Source: Anaerosolibacter sp. (GTDB lineage Bacteria > Bacillota > Clostridia > Peptostreptococcales > Thermotaleaceae). Taken from it: a stretch of 32,000 nt of DNA. Each line of letters starts with the position of its first letter. Within the stretch, counting starts at the first letter, position 1. Where the stretch lies: assembly GCF_029240175.1 (NCBI RefSeq), contig NZ_JARBTM010000032.1, positions 29,931 through 61,930 of the forward strand. The letters run 5' to 3'. A program made the position numbers and the translations under genes. The notes beneath the pieces are model-generated. The model was not told the origin of the DNA. It worked only from the letters and a program-made list of their open reading frames with translations, and ran no database searches. Below are positions 17,422 through 28,644 of this stretch, piece after piece.

Positions 17422-17559
17422 CTTCACGAAAAACACCCCCTTCAAAATCTACCTATATTATATCTTATTGATAGGGATATCATCCCTAAAATGAGCATTT
17501 ACTAAATAATTATAACTTCGTAAGCACAATCTGTCAAGAAATGAATTTTTTCCAGCTTT

Positions 17560-17950
17560 TGTGGATAAAGATATCACCACATTTTTTTCCTGTGGATAAT
17601 TTTTGTGTTTATGATTGAAATCCCTTTTTGAATTTGATATGATTAAGACAAACTGTTGATAAGTGGAAATTTTTATTCACAAACTCAACTTTATGCACAG
17701 ACTGTGGATAAAACTGTGTATAAGTACACACACTTCTTTCATTTTTATTGGATAAATCTCATTTTTATATGTGTATGAACATCAATTTCTATTGTTGATT
17801 TTGTGTACAAGCCCTTGGGGATTTTATGAATATTTTTTTATGCCATATGTTATCCACAAATCTAATCATTTCCTAGTTCATAAAATTTATTCACAAAAAT
17901 TTTTTAGAAAAGCAATCTATCAACAATTTTTGTGGATATCTTGTGGATAT
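17560..17950. other. oriC upstream DnaA-box cluster (rpmH-dnaA spacer)
   Basis: Perfect TTATCCACA boxes lie at 17560-17568(-), 17591-17599(-), 17703-17711(-) and 17850-17858(+). One-mismatch boxes lie at 17654-17662, 17673-17681, 17691-17699, 17715-17723 and 17887-17895. A tandem tgtggatat pair lies at 17931-17939 and 17942-17950. Confidence 0.85.
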
Positions 17951-18027
17951 GCTCTATTTTCAACTCCTATTTTTTTTTATTTTATCTATGGGGTTGTTTT
18001 TATTTCATTCTGATAGGAGGTCGCTAT

Positions 18028-19377
18028 ATGAGTGTTAATCTGCCAGATATATGGCAAAAAGCTCTGAATCTTATAAAAACAGAGCTGACAGAAGTAAGCT
18101 ACAATACTTGGCTAAAACCCATAGAACCTATTTCTATTCATGGAAATACGATCGTTCTCGGCGTGATCAATGATTTTTCTAAAGGTATTTTGGAAGCCAG
18201 GTATGCAAATTTGATCATGAACGCCATTAAGCAAATTACTTCCCATGAGTATCGGCTAGACTTTATTGTTCCTGGAAGTGAAAGATATATGAAGGCGACC
18301 CAGCAAGCCCCACAGCATCACAACAACAATAGCACTTCCGATAGCTTTGATACCCTTAATTTAAATCCTAAGTATGTCTTTGATACCTTTGTTATTGGAA
18401 ATAGTAATCGTTTCGCCCACGCTGCATCTTTAGCCGTAGCAGAATCTCCTGCAAAAGCTTATAACCCATTGTTTATCTATGGGGGTGTGGGACTAGGAAA
18501 AACTCACTTGATGCATGCCATTGGTCATTACATCCTGGGACAGAATCCCAATGCCAAGGTTGTTTATGTTTCCTCAGAAAAATTTACCAATGAGTTAATC
18601 AACTCTATTCGTGATGATAAAAACGTGGAATTTCGTAATAAGTATAGGAATGTAGATGTACTTTTGGTCGATGATATTCAATTTATTGCCGGTAAGGAAC
18701 GAACGCAAGAAGAATTCTTCCATACCTTTAATGCCCTCCATGAGGCCAATAAACAGATTATCATTTCCAGCGATCGTCCCCCTAAAGAAATCCCTACATT
18801 AGAAGATCGTTTACGATCTCGTTTTGAATGGGGTTTAATTACAGATATTCAGCCCCCTGATTTGGAAACAAGGATAGCAATTTTACGAAAAAAAGCAGAG
18901 GTTGAAAATATAGATGTCCCGAATGAAGTAATGCACTATATCGCCAAAAAAATTCAGGCCAATATTCGTGAGCTTGAAGGTGCTTTGATTCGAATTGTAG
19001 CATACTCTTCCCTTACAAATAAGGAAGTAACCGTTGAGTTAGCCAGTGAAGCTTTAAAAGACATCATTTCATCTGCAAGACCTAAACAAATTACCGTAGC
19101 CCTCATAAAAGATGTAGTCGCAGAGCATAGTGGACTAAAGTTAGATGATTTTAATTCAAAAAGAAGAACCCGATCTATTTCTTATCCAAGGCAAATTGCT
19201 ATGTATTTATGCCGTGAACTCACAGACTTGTCTCTCCCAAAGATAGGTGATGAGTTTGGTGGAAGAGACCATACCACTGTTATCCATGCCCATGAAAAAA
19301 TTAGCCACGATATCAATAACAGTATAGATTTTAAATCTAAAATAGAAAACATGATTAAGGATATAAAGAATAAATAG
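18028..19377 (+). CDS. dnaA: chromosomal replication initiator protein DnaA
   Basis: Walker [11 protein letters not shown], box VII and sensor motifs, and C-terminal DNA-binding domain ([11 protein letters not shown]). ATG 18028 is preceded by TAGGAGG with an 8-nt spacer. The track's upstream extension from 17932 runs across DnaA boxes. Confidence 0.95.
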   Translation: MSVNLPDIWQKALNLIKTELTEVSYNTWLKPIEPISIHGNTIVLGVINDFSKGILEARYANLIMNAIKQITSHEYRLDFIVPGSERYMKATQQAPQHHNNNSTSDSFDTLNLNPKYVFDTFVIGNSNRFAHAASLAVAESPAKAYNPLFIYGGVGLGKTHLMHAIGHYILGQNPNAKVVYVSSEKFTNELINSIRDDKNVEFRNKYRNVDVLLVDDIQFIAGKERTQEEFFHTFNALHEANKQIIISSDRPPKEIPTLEDRLRSRFEWGLITDIQPPDLETRIAILRKKAEVENIDVPNEVMHYIAKKIQANIRELEGALIRIVAYSSLTNKEVTVELASEALKDIISSARPKQITVALIKDVVAEHSGLKLDDFNSKRRTRSISYPRQIAMYLCRELTDLSLPKIGDEFGGRDHTTVIHAHEKISHDINNSIDFKSKIENMIKDIKNK

Positions 19378-19411
19378 TACACAAGGGGCTGTGGTTAAGG
19401 CCCTAATAATT

Positions 19412-19611
19412 TGTGTATAAGTTCTAACAAATGTTTTATCTTTGGAATATGTGGATAAGTGAAGGGGCTTTATACACATTTCGTTAACAGCTTCTACGCA
19501 AGTAATTGCATGACATACAACCACTTACTCACAAATTCACATGTCCTACTACTATTACTACTAAAAATTTATATTTATTTATACCTTTTTCAGACAAGGA
19601 GGTTATCCACA
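19412..19611. other. oriC downstream part: DnaA boxes, DnaA-trio-like array and AT-rich DUE (dnaA-dnaN spacer)
   Basis: Boxes lie at 19412-19420 (1 mismatch), 19450-19458 (perfect), 19470-19478 (1 mismatch) and 19603-19611 (perfect). Degenerate tandem boxes lie at 19525-19533 and 19533-19541. The array cta cta cta tta cta cta at 19546-19563 reads TAG TAG TAA TAG TAG TAG on the other strand. The AT-rich run aaaatttatatttatttata lies at 19564-19583. Confidence 0.8.
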
Positions 19612-19612
19612 G

Positions 19613-20716
19613 ATGAAATTTATTTGCAGTCAAAAAAACCTATCAGCTAGTATCAATATTGTTCAAAAAGCTGTTTCAACAAAAACTACATTACCTATTC
19701 TAAAAGGAATACTCATTGAGGCTTGTGATCAAAAATTAAAACTAGTGGGCACAGACCTAGAGGTGGGCATAGAGCATTACATAGATGCAGATATTCTATC
19801 TGAAGGAGCTATTGTTATTTCATCAAGACTTCTTGGAGATATTATTCGAAAGCTCCCTGATGCCGATGTGGAAGTTGAAGTTGATGAAACAAACACTATG
19901 ACAATTAAGTGTGCGAACTCAGAGTTTACGTTGATAGGACAACCATCAGTAGAGTTTCCAGAGTTACCGGCTGTTGAAGAAGAGAATACTTATGAAATCC
20001 CTCAGGATTTATTGAAAAACATGATCCGCCAAACCGCTTTTGCAACCGCATTAGATGAGACAAGACCTATTTTGACAGGGGTATTGATGGAAATTCAAGA
20101 AGGAATTATCAATATGGTGGCTTTAGATGGTTATAGGTTGTCATTAAGACAAGGGAATATAAAGGCAGATTTTAACAATAAAGCCGTTATTCCAGGAAAA
20201 ACTTTGAATGAAATTCATCGAATTCTATCAGAGGAAGAAAACGCCAAGGTAGATATATTCTTTACCGATAAGCACGTGTTGTTCCAAATGGCAAATGTCC
20301 GGGTTATCTCTAGACTGCTTGAAGGAGAATTTATAAACTATAAGCAAATTATTCCTAAAGATTTCAAATCCAGGGTAAAGGTGAAAACCAGAGATTTGCT
20401 GGACAGTATTGAGAGAGCTTCTCTTCTTGCTAGAGAAGGTAAAAACAATCTGATTAAGTTTTCCGTAAAGGATGAAATGATGACCATTACTTCCAATGCC
20501 GAAATAGGCCGGGTATATGAAAACTTGCGAATTGAGCTTGAGGGCGAAGATATTGATATTGGATTTAATTCCAAATATTTCCTAGATGCATTAAAAATAC
20601 TCGACAGTGATGAAATCTATTTAGATTTCACAACCAACGTAAGTCCATGTATTATTAAACCTACGGATACAAATAACTATACCTATTTGGTATTACCTGT
20701 TAGACTTGCAGGTTAG
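19613..20716 (+). CDS. dnaN: DNA polymerase III beta sliding clamp
   Basis: 367 aa with a three-domain clamp pattern (LPILKGILIEA..., RPILTGVL..., LDGYRL, YLVLPVRL). AAGGAGG RBS. Confidence 0.95.
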   Translation: MKFICSQKNLSASINIVQKAVSTKTTLPILKGILIEACDQKLKLVGTDLEVGIEHYIDADILSEGAIVISSRLLGDIIRKLPDADVEVEVDETNTMTIKCANSEFTLIGQPSVEFPELPAVEEENTYEIPQDLLKNMIRQTAFATALDETRPILTGVLMEIQEGIINMVALDGYRLSLRQGNIKADFNNKAVIPGKTLNEIHRILSEEENAKVDIFFTDKHVLFQMANVRVISRLLEGEFINYKQIIPKDFKSRVKVKTRDLLDSIERASLLAREGKNNLIKFSVKDEMMTITSNAEIGRVYENLRIELEGEDIDIGFNSKYFLDALKILDSDEIYLDFTTNVSPCIIKPTDTNNYTYLVLPVRLAG

Positions 20717-20718
20717 AG

Positions 20719-20750
20719 CTAGAGCCCTTCACAAAGGGCTCTAGTTTTTT
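20719..20750 (+). terminator. rho-independent terminator after dnaN
   Basis: ctagagccctt cacaa aagggctctag forms an 11-bp stem followed by tttttt. Confidence 0.7.
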
Positions 20751-20939
20751 AGTAAAGTAAAAATACAATATATGGAATTTGTAATAATGAAAATAATCCT
20801 ATACAATAAAGGTCAAAGTAAGTCAAATTATAAATTCCTTTTAAAATAAAGAATAGTTCTATATAATAGATACATTGGAATAATTAGGTGTTAAATATCC
20901 CATGATAGATATAAAACGTAACGAAAGGAAGTTCTCATA

Positions 20940-21152
20940 ATGTATAAGGAAATTAAAATCCAAGAGGAATACATTAAACTAGATCAGTTGTTGAAAATGG
21001 CAGACTTGGTACAGTCAGGAGGCCACGCCAAACTAATGATCCAGGATGGTATGGTAAAGTTAAATGGAACGAAGGAATATCAGCGAGGTAAAAAGATTCG
21101 AGTCGGAGATATTGTTGAAGTTGAAGGGAATAAAGTAAAAGTGGTGGAATAA
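20940..21152 (+). CDS. yaaA: S4-domain RNA-binding protein YaaA/RlbA
   Basis: 70 aa. IKLDQLLKMADLVQSGGHAK...RGKKIRVGDIVEVEG matches remembered B. subtilis YaaA. Canonical position between dnaN and recF. Confidence 0.8.
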   Translation: MYKEIKIQEEYIKLDQLLKMADLVQSGGHAKLMIQDGMVKLNGTKEYQRGKKIRVGDIVEVEGNKVKVVE

Positions 21153-21218
21153 ATACAATGGTTACTAGGTGGAATATCTAGGGATGATCAGATTTTGCAA
21201 GATCAAGGGGTGCTAAGT

Positions 21219-22337
21219 GTGTATTTAAAAAAGTTAAAGTTAATTAACTTTAGAAATTATCATCAATTGGACTTAAAACTTCATCCGAAAATGAATGTAT
21301 TTATTGGTGATAACGCCCAGGGAAAGACAAATATTTTGGAAGCTATTTATATGACGGGAACAGGAAAATCCTTCCGAACCAGTAAGGAAAGAGAAATCAT
21401 TAAGATGGATAAGGATAAAGCCTATATTCATGTGGAGGGAGAAAAAAAATATACTGGCATTTCTGTTGAGATAAAGTTGGAAGAAAATAAAAAAAAACAA
21501 ATGAAAGTAAATGGGATAACTTTAACGAAAACTGCTGATTTATTGAGCAATGTTCATGTGATTGTATTCTCACCAGAGGATTTAAAGCTAGTAAAAGAAG
21601 GACCTATGGAGAGAAGAAAATTTATGGATATTGAAATATCAAATATGAAACCCCGATATTACCATCATCTCAGCCAATATAACCGTGTATTGATACAAAG
21701 AAATAATCTATTAAAGAAAATAAGTCATGATCGAAAATATATGGCAACCTTAGATATATGGGATGAAAAATTAGTTGAATTGGGAACCAGTATAATCAAA
21801 GAGAGAATAAAGTTTATTCTTCGTTTAAATACATTAAGTAGATTACTTCATCGTAAAATTACAGATAACAAAGAAAATCTAGAAATCAAATATATAAGCA
21901 GCATTAAGGAAGTGCAAGATGAAGCAAAAATTCAAGATTACTTTCATAGAGATTTGAAAAAAGCTCTAATTGTAGACATACAAAGAGGAACAACCACTGT
22001 GGGCCCCCATAGGGATGATCTTGGTGTGTTCGTGAATGGTATTGATATACGAATATTTGGATCTCAAGGCCAGCAAAGAACCTCTGCTTTAGCTTTAAAA
22101 CTGGCAGAGATTGAATTAATGAAAGCAGAGACAGGAGAATATCCTATCTTGCTTTTAGATGACGTTATGTCTGAACTAGATGTTAAAAGACAAGCCTTTT
22201 TAGTAAAAAGTTTAAGGGATATTCAGACATTTATAACGACAACGGACCTAAATGCTTTATCTACATTAAACTTAGAAGCGAAAAACATTTACTATGTGGA
22301 AAAAGCTGTTGTTCGACAAAGTGATGATATCAACTAA
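21219..22337 (+). CDS. recF: DNA replication and repair protein RecF
   Basis: LKLINFRNY, Walker A GDNAQGKTNILEAI, signature SQGQQRT, and Walker B ILLLDDV. GTG 21219 is preceded by AAGGGGTG. The track start at 21195 is a TTG without an RBS. Confidence 0.9.
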   Translation: MYLKKLKLINFRNYHQLDLKLHPKMNVFIGDNAQGKTNILEAIYMTGTGKSFRTSKEREIIKMDKDKAYIHVEGEKKYTGISVEIKLEENKKKQMKVNGITLTKTADLLSNVHVIVFSPEDLKLVKEGPMERRKFMDIEISNMKPRYYHHLSQYNRVLIQRNNLLKKISHDRKYMATLDIWDEKLVELGTSIIKERIKFILRLNTLSRLLHRKITDNKENLEIKYISSIKEVQDEAKIQDYFHRDLKKALIVDIQRGTTTVGPHRDDLGVFVNGIDIRIFGSQGQQRTSALALKLAEIELMKAETGEYPILLLDDVMSELDVKRQAFLVKSLRDIQTFITTTDLNALSTLNLEAKNIYYVEKAVVRQSDDIN

Positions 22338-22456
22338 GACTCAGTTCAGATGGAGTTTGCACCCGCCGCGGGCACAGGTAACTCCACCTGAACGCCAAGT
22401 CGTGTTATCCAGGGGCTGTACAACTCTGCTTGAATAAGCAGAGAGTCTTAGAGTTG
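22331..22456. other. GC-rich three-helix structured element (unknown; ncRNA or REP/MITE-type DNA element)
   Basis: Outer helix: caactaagactc (22331-22342) pairs with gagtcttag-a-gttg (22443-22456). Helix 2: gttcagatggagtt (22344-22357) pairs with aactccacctgaac (22380-22393), capped by a GC-rich loop. Helix 3: ctctgctt gaat aagcagag (22424-22443). Confidence 0.3.
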
Positions 22457-22608
22457 TTAGTCATCGGATTGATAGGATATAGACAGAAAATTAAATAATA
22501 AAATAGGGAGGAAAGTCTCATTATTTTTCCATACCTACAAAAAAACTTTTATACTTGAATCGAAAAGGTTATAATATAATGTGGATATTTTATGAAGGAG
22601 GCGTTCTT

Positions 22609-22905
22609 ATGTTTCTTCATCTGGGAGGAGATGTGGTTGTTCCCATAAAAGATATTATATCGATTGTGGATATTGCTTCCATATCTAAATCAAAGGATAG
22701 TAAAGAATTTTTAAAAGTTGCTGAAGAAGAAGAATTTATCGTAAGAATCTCAGAGGAAGAACCAAAGTCCTGTATCATTACGGAAAAGAAAATCAAAAGA
22801 TCAAAAAAATCATCCAAAGAAGTGAAAACAGTAATATATTATTCACCTATCTCTTCTGTAACCCTTCAGAAACGGACAAATTTTATGGATGAACTTCATC
22901 TTTAG
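22609..22905 (+). CDS. remB: DUF370 family protein, extracellular matrix regulator RemB/YaaB-like
   Basis: MFLHLGGDVVVPIKDIISIVD... and ...IYYSPISSVTLQKR match the remembered YaaB/RemB pattern. GAAGGAGG lies 7 nt upstream of ATG 22609. Canonical recF-gyrB position. Confidence 0.75.
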   Translation: MFLHLGGDVVVPIKDIISIVDIASISKSKDSKEFLKVAEEEEFIVRISEEEPKSCIITEKKIKRSKKSSKEVKTVIYYSPISSVTLQKRTNFMDELHL

Positions 22906-22997
22906 CATAGACATCAGAAGCCAATGAGAAAAGCGAGCACACAAAGTGTGCCTTTTTGCAGTTTCAAAGTATGATTGTATACAAAGCGACACAATAA

Positions 22998-24947
<1,950 letters not shown>

Positions 24948-24962
24948 TAAGGGGGAACGGAA

Positions 24963-27401
24963 ATGATAGAGGATACTAGTAAAATAATACAAATTGATAT
25001 AGAAGAAGAAATGAAAAAGTCCTACATCGATTATGCCATGAGTGTAATTGTAGGACGAGCCTTGCCCGATGTTCGGGATGGATTAAAGCCTGTTCATAGA
25101 AGAATTTTATATGCCATGAGTGAGTTGGGTTTATCCCCTGATAAACCCCATAGAAAATCTGCTCGTATCGTCGGTGACGTACTGGGTAAATATCATCCCC
25201 ATGGTGATAGCTCTGTATATGAAGCCATGGTTAGAATGGCTCAGGATTTTTCAACAAGATATCTTCTGGTAGATGGCCATGGAAACTTTGGATCTGTGGA
25301 TGGTGACGGAGCAGCAGCCATGCGTTATACAGAAGCAAGGATGTCTAAGCTTGCCATCGAATTGCTTCGGGATATTGGGAAAGAAACGGTGGATTTTACA
25401 CCAAACTTTGATGAAACATTAAAAGAACCTGCCGTATTACCGAGTAGATATCCAAACCTATTGGTCAATGGGTCTAATGGTATTGCCGTAGGAATGGCCA
25501 CATCGATTCCACCCCATAACTTAAATGAGGTTATCGATGCGACCATAAAAATGATTGATGATGAAGAGACAAATGTGGAAGATTTAATTAAAATCGTAAA
25601 AGGTCCAGATTTTCCAACCGGTGCTATGATCATGGGCTTCGAAAGTATTAAGGAAGCCTATCGTACAGGACAGGGTAAAGTTACAGTTCGAGCCAATGCA
25701 GAAATTGAACAAACAGCAAAGGGAAAAACACAAATTATCGTAAGTGAAATTCCTTATCAGGTGAATAAGGCAAAGCTGATTGAAAAGATTGCAGAACTGG
25801 TAAGGGACAAGAAAATAGAGGGAATTTCAGATTTAAGGGATGAGAGCGACCGTACAGGTATGCGTATTGTTATAGAATTAAAACGTGACGCAAACCCCAA
25901 TGTGGTCCTTAATAAACTCTATAAACATACTCAAATGCAGGATACATTTAGTATCATTATGATTGCTTTGGTAAATGGAGAGCCTAAGGTATTAAATCTT
26001 CAGGAGATGATTTACCATTACCTAGAACATCAAAAAGATGTGGTCACAAGAAGAACCAAGTACGATCTAACAAAGGCTGAAGAGCGTGCCCATATCTTAG
26101 AAGGTTTAAAAATTGCTTTAGATCACATAGATGCAGTAATCAGTTTGATCAGAAGTTCTGCCAATACCCAAGAAGCGAAGACAAGGTTGATGAGTGAGTT
26201 TTCTTTATCAGAAAAACAAGCACAAGCCATCCTAGATATGCGTCTTCAAAGATTAACTGGATTAGAGCGGGAAAAAATTGACGCAGAATATGAAGAGTTA
26301 ATTATGATGATCAATCAATATAAAGAAATCCTAGCCAATGAAAGATTGCTTTTAAATATCATCAAAGAAGAGTTGATCGAGGTTAAAGAAGCCTATGGTG
26401 ATGAAAGAAGAACTGCAATTATGGCGGCCGCCGATGAGATCGATATGGAATCTTTAATCCAAGAAGAAGAAGTGGCCATCACATTAACCCATTTTGGATA
26501 TATAAAGAGACTTCCAGCCAACACCTATAAAATTCAAAAAAGAGGCGGAAAAGGGGTTGCAGGACATACGACCAGGGAAGAGGATTTTGTGGAGCATCTG
26601 TTCACCACATCGACCCATAATTATGTGTTATTCTTTACAAGCTTTGGTAGAGCTTATCGAATGAAAGCCTATGAAATTCCAGAAGCCAAGAGACAGGCGA
26701 AGGGTACAGCTATTGTAAACCTACTGCAGCTTCAGCCAAATGAAAAAATAACAGCTGTAATCCCTATTAAAGAATTTGAGAATAATAAGTTTCTGATTTC
26801 GGCTACAAAACTAGGCATCATTAAGAAGACAGAGTTATCTCAGTTCGATACATCTAGAAAAGCAGGTTTGATTGCCATCAGCCTAAGGGAAGATGATGAA
26901 TTAATCAGCGTAAAGCTAACCGATGGTAAGCAAGAAGTTGTTATGGTTACCAGAGAAGGTATGTCTATTCGTTTCCATGAAAATGATGTGAGAGATATGG
27001 GCAGATCAGCCATGGGTGTAAAAGGAATGAACCTGTCAGATGAAGATTATATTGTAGCCATGGAATTAGTATCAGAAGGCAGTGATTTACTGGTTGTCAG
27101 TGAATATGGATTTGGAAAGAGAACTGATTTAGAAGAGTATAGAATTCAATCTAGGGGCGGAAAAGGTATCATTACCTACAATACAAAGGATAAGACGGGC
27201 CTTATTGTAGGTGCTAAGGTCGTAAGTGATGAGGATGACGTGATGTTAATCAGTACAGGTGGTGTCATCATTCGACTTGAGGTAAGGCACATTTCAAGAA
27301 TGGGCAGAAATACCCAAGGCGTAACCCTTATGAGGGTAGGACAAGATACAAATATTGTATCCATAGCAAAAGTTGCCCAAGGTGCAGAAGAGGAAGAATA
27401 A
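24963..27401 (+). CDS. gyrA: DNA gyrase subunit A
   Basis: [20 protein letters not shown] region [20 protein letters not shown], active-site AAMRYTE, and C-terminal beta-pinwheel repeats with an acidic tail. Confidence 0.97.
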   Translation: MIEDTSKIIQIDIEEEMKKSYIDYAMSVIVGRALPDVRDGLKPVHRRILYAMSELGLSPDKPHRKSARIVGDVLGKYHPHGDSSVYEAMVRMAQDFSTRYLLVDGHGNFGSVDGDGAAAMRYTEARMSKLAIELLRDIGKETVDFTPNFDETLKEPAVLPSRYPNLLVNGSNGIAVGMATSIPPHNLNEVIDATIKMIDDEETNVEDLIKIVKGPDFPTGAMIMGFESIKEAYRTGQGKVTVRANAEIEQTAKGKTQIIVSEIPYQVNKAKLIEKIAELVRDKKIEGISDLRDESDRTGMRIVIELKRDANPNVVLNKLYKHTQMQDTFSIIMIALVNGEPKVLNLQEMIYHYLEHQKDVVTRRTKYDLTKAEERAHILEGLKIALDHIDAVISLIRSSANTQEAKTRLMSEFSLSEKQAQAILDMRLQRLTGLEREKIDAEYEELIMMINQYKEILANERLLLNIIKEELIEVKEAYGDERRTAIMAAADEIDMESLIQEEEVAITLTHFGYIKRLPANTYKIQKRGGKGVAGHTTREEDFVEHLFTTSTHNYVLFFTSFGRAYRMKAYEIPEAKRQAKGTAIVNLLQLQPNEKITAVIPIKEFENNKFLISATKLGIIKKTELSQFDTSRKAGLIAISLREDDELISVKLTDGKQEVVMVTREGMSIRFHENDVRDMGRSAMGVKGMNLSDEDYIVAMELVSEGSDLLVVSEYGFGKRTDLEEYRIQSRGGKGIITYNTKDKTGLIVGAKVVSDEDDVMLISTGGVIIRLEVRHISRMGRNTQGVTLMRVGQDTNIVSIAKVAQGAEEEE

Positions 27402-27551
27402 AAAAGAAATTTGTAAAAAAATGTTTATAAAAATATGAAGGGGTATATATATTGATAAGGAATCTATTTTAAAGATCCCATGGAGAGGCAGGAAAATTAA
27501 ATTGTTTTATATTTTCCTGTTACCCCCCAAAACCCCCTTATTTGATGATTG

Positions 27552-27584
27552 CGCAAAAGTCTATGGCTTTTGCGTACTTTTTTT
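27552..27584 (+). terminator. rho-independent terminator after gyrA
   Basis: cgcaaaag tctatgg cttttgcg forms an 8-bp stem followed by tacttttttt. Confidence 0.65.
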
Positions 27585-27757
27585 ATATCTAGAAAATATG
27601 GTCTTCAATTTTCTAGATATAGGGGATTTTTAAAGGGGTTCACCCCTTTATGTCTAATAATTGGAGGGTTACAGCGAAGCGTCATAGGGAACTATTAGTT
27701 CCCTATGAAAGAACAAAAGCATTTCCTTAGAGTTTAGAACAAGAAATGCTTTTGTTC
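27585..27757. repeat. array of four perfect inverted repeats (hairpins) in the gyrA-rsbV spacer
   Basis: 13-bp stem: atatctagaaaat at 27585-27597 pairs with 27608-27620. 8-bp stem: taaagggg / ccccttta at 27631-27650. 11-bp stem with 3-nt loop: catagggaact att agttccctatg at 27683-27707. 14-bp stem: gaacaaaagcattt at 27711-27724 pairs with 27744-27757. Confidence 0.6.
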
Positions 27758-27801
27758 AAATTTTATTCACGGGAAGAATAAAGAGGATTTTTAAATTGGA
27801 T

Positions 27802-27826
27802 GTTTAATCTATATTTTTAAGGGTAA
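27802..27826 (+). promoter_or_regulatory. candidate sigma-B-dependent promoter upstream of rsbV
   Basis: GTTTAA (27802-27807), a 13-nt spacer, then GGGTAA (27821-27826). This fits the Bacillus sigma-B consensus GTTTAA-N12-15-GGGTAT. It lies about 30 nt upstream of the rsbV start. Confidence 0.55.
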
Positions 27827-27857
27827 TATTTAAAAGAAAAATGAAGGGGGTCGTTTT

Positions 27858-28172
27858 GTGTCGCTTAAAATCAATACTATTTTAGATCAAGAAGATGATT
27901 TATGGATTGTAGATGTTATTGGAGAAATAGATATATATACGGCAAATAAATTAAAAGAAACTTTGGTGAAAATTTTGGATGAACATAATACAAGCATAAA
28001 GATCAATTGTTTAGAGCTAGATTATATTGATAGTACAGGATTAGGTGTACTCATTGGAGCACTTAAGAGACTGAAGCAGGAAAATAAAAATATCATTATT
28101 TCCAATGCAAAGCCAAATATATCCAAATTATTAAGTATTACAGGCCTTAATAAAATATTTGTGATTCAATAG
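27858..28172 (+). CDS. rsbV: anti-sigma factor antagonist (STAS domain), RsbV-like
   Basis: 104 aa. The STAS phospho-serine context DYIDSTGLGVLIG. GTG start with AAGGGGG 7 nt upstream. First gene of the V-W-sigB triad. Confidence 0.8.
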   Translation: MSLKINTILDQEDDLWIVDVIGEIDIYTANKLKETLVKILDEHNTSIKINCLELDYIDSTGLGVLIGALKRLKQENKNIIISNAKPNISKLLSITGLNKIFVIQ

Positions 28173-28230
28173 AAGGGTGAGCAGATTCGTGATGAATAAT
28201 AATATAATGATAGAAAAGGTGGAAAATCAA

Positions 28231-28644
28231 ATGACTGATAGCTTGTCCATATCTGTACCTAGCAAGCCGGAATATGTAAGTGTGGTAAGATTGACAGCAT
28301 CTGCAGTGGCAAGTAGAGTAGGTTTTAATGTAGAGGAATTAGAGGATATTAAGGTTGCTGTTGCTGAGGCATGTACAAATGCTATTAAGCATGGTATCTG
28401 TGAAAAAGGAGAGAATTTTGATGTAAAATTCTTTCTAGATAAAGAAAAGATCAGTATACATGTTATCGACCATGGCAGTGGATTTAGTTGTAATCAATTA
28501 GAAGAGCCTGATTTAACAAGCCCAAAAGAAGGAGGATTAGGTATCTTTATTATTAAATCTCTGATGGACGAAGTAGATGTAATTTCAAATATGGGAGAAG
28601 GTACAATCATTAAGATGACTAAGTACTTAGGAGAGGATATTTAA
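28231..28644 (+). CDS. rsbW: anti-sigma-B factor / serine protein kinase RsbW
   Basis: SVPSKPEYVSVVRLTASAVASRVGF...EDIKVAVAEACTNAIKH closely parallels remembered B. subtilis RsbW, with the HATPase G-box GGLGIFIIKSLMDEV. ATG 28231 has AAGGTGG 8 nt upstream. The track start at 28177 is possible but lacks proper RBS spacing. Confidence 0.8.
   Translation: MTDSLSISVPSKPEYVSVVRLTASAVASRVGFNVEELEDIKVAVAEACTNAIKHGICEKGENFDVKFFLDKEKISIHVIDHGSGFSCNQLEEPDLTSPKEGGLGIFIIKSLMDEVDVISNMGEGTIIKMTKYLGEDI

Noticed and set aside
17932-18027. 32-codon N-terminal extension of dnaA in the ORF track, and ORF 17771..18013
   Set aside because: The extension is phenylalanine- and leucine-rich AT-rich read-through and contains two DnaA boxes. 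The canonical [13 protein letters not shown] start at 18028 has a TAGGAGG RBS.
22937-22957. Short hairpin gcacac aaa gtgtgc followed by ctttttg after remB as a terminator
   Set aside because: The stem is only 6 bp with a 3-nt loop. That is too weak to call, although a partial attenuator before gyrB is possible.
27402-27857. rRNA or tRNA genes after gyrA, as in some relatives
   Set aside because: The 456-bp spacer has no 16S leader, no tRNA cloverleaf and no conserved rRNA sequence. It contains only hairpins and a promoter-like motif.
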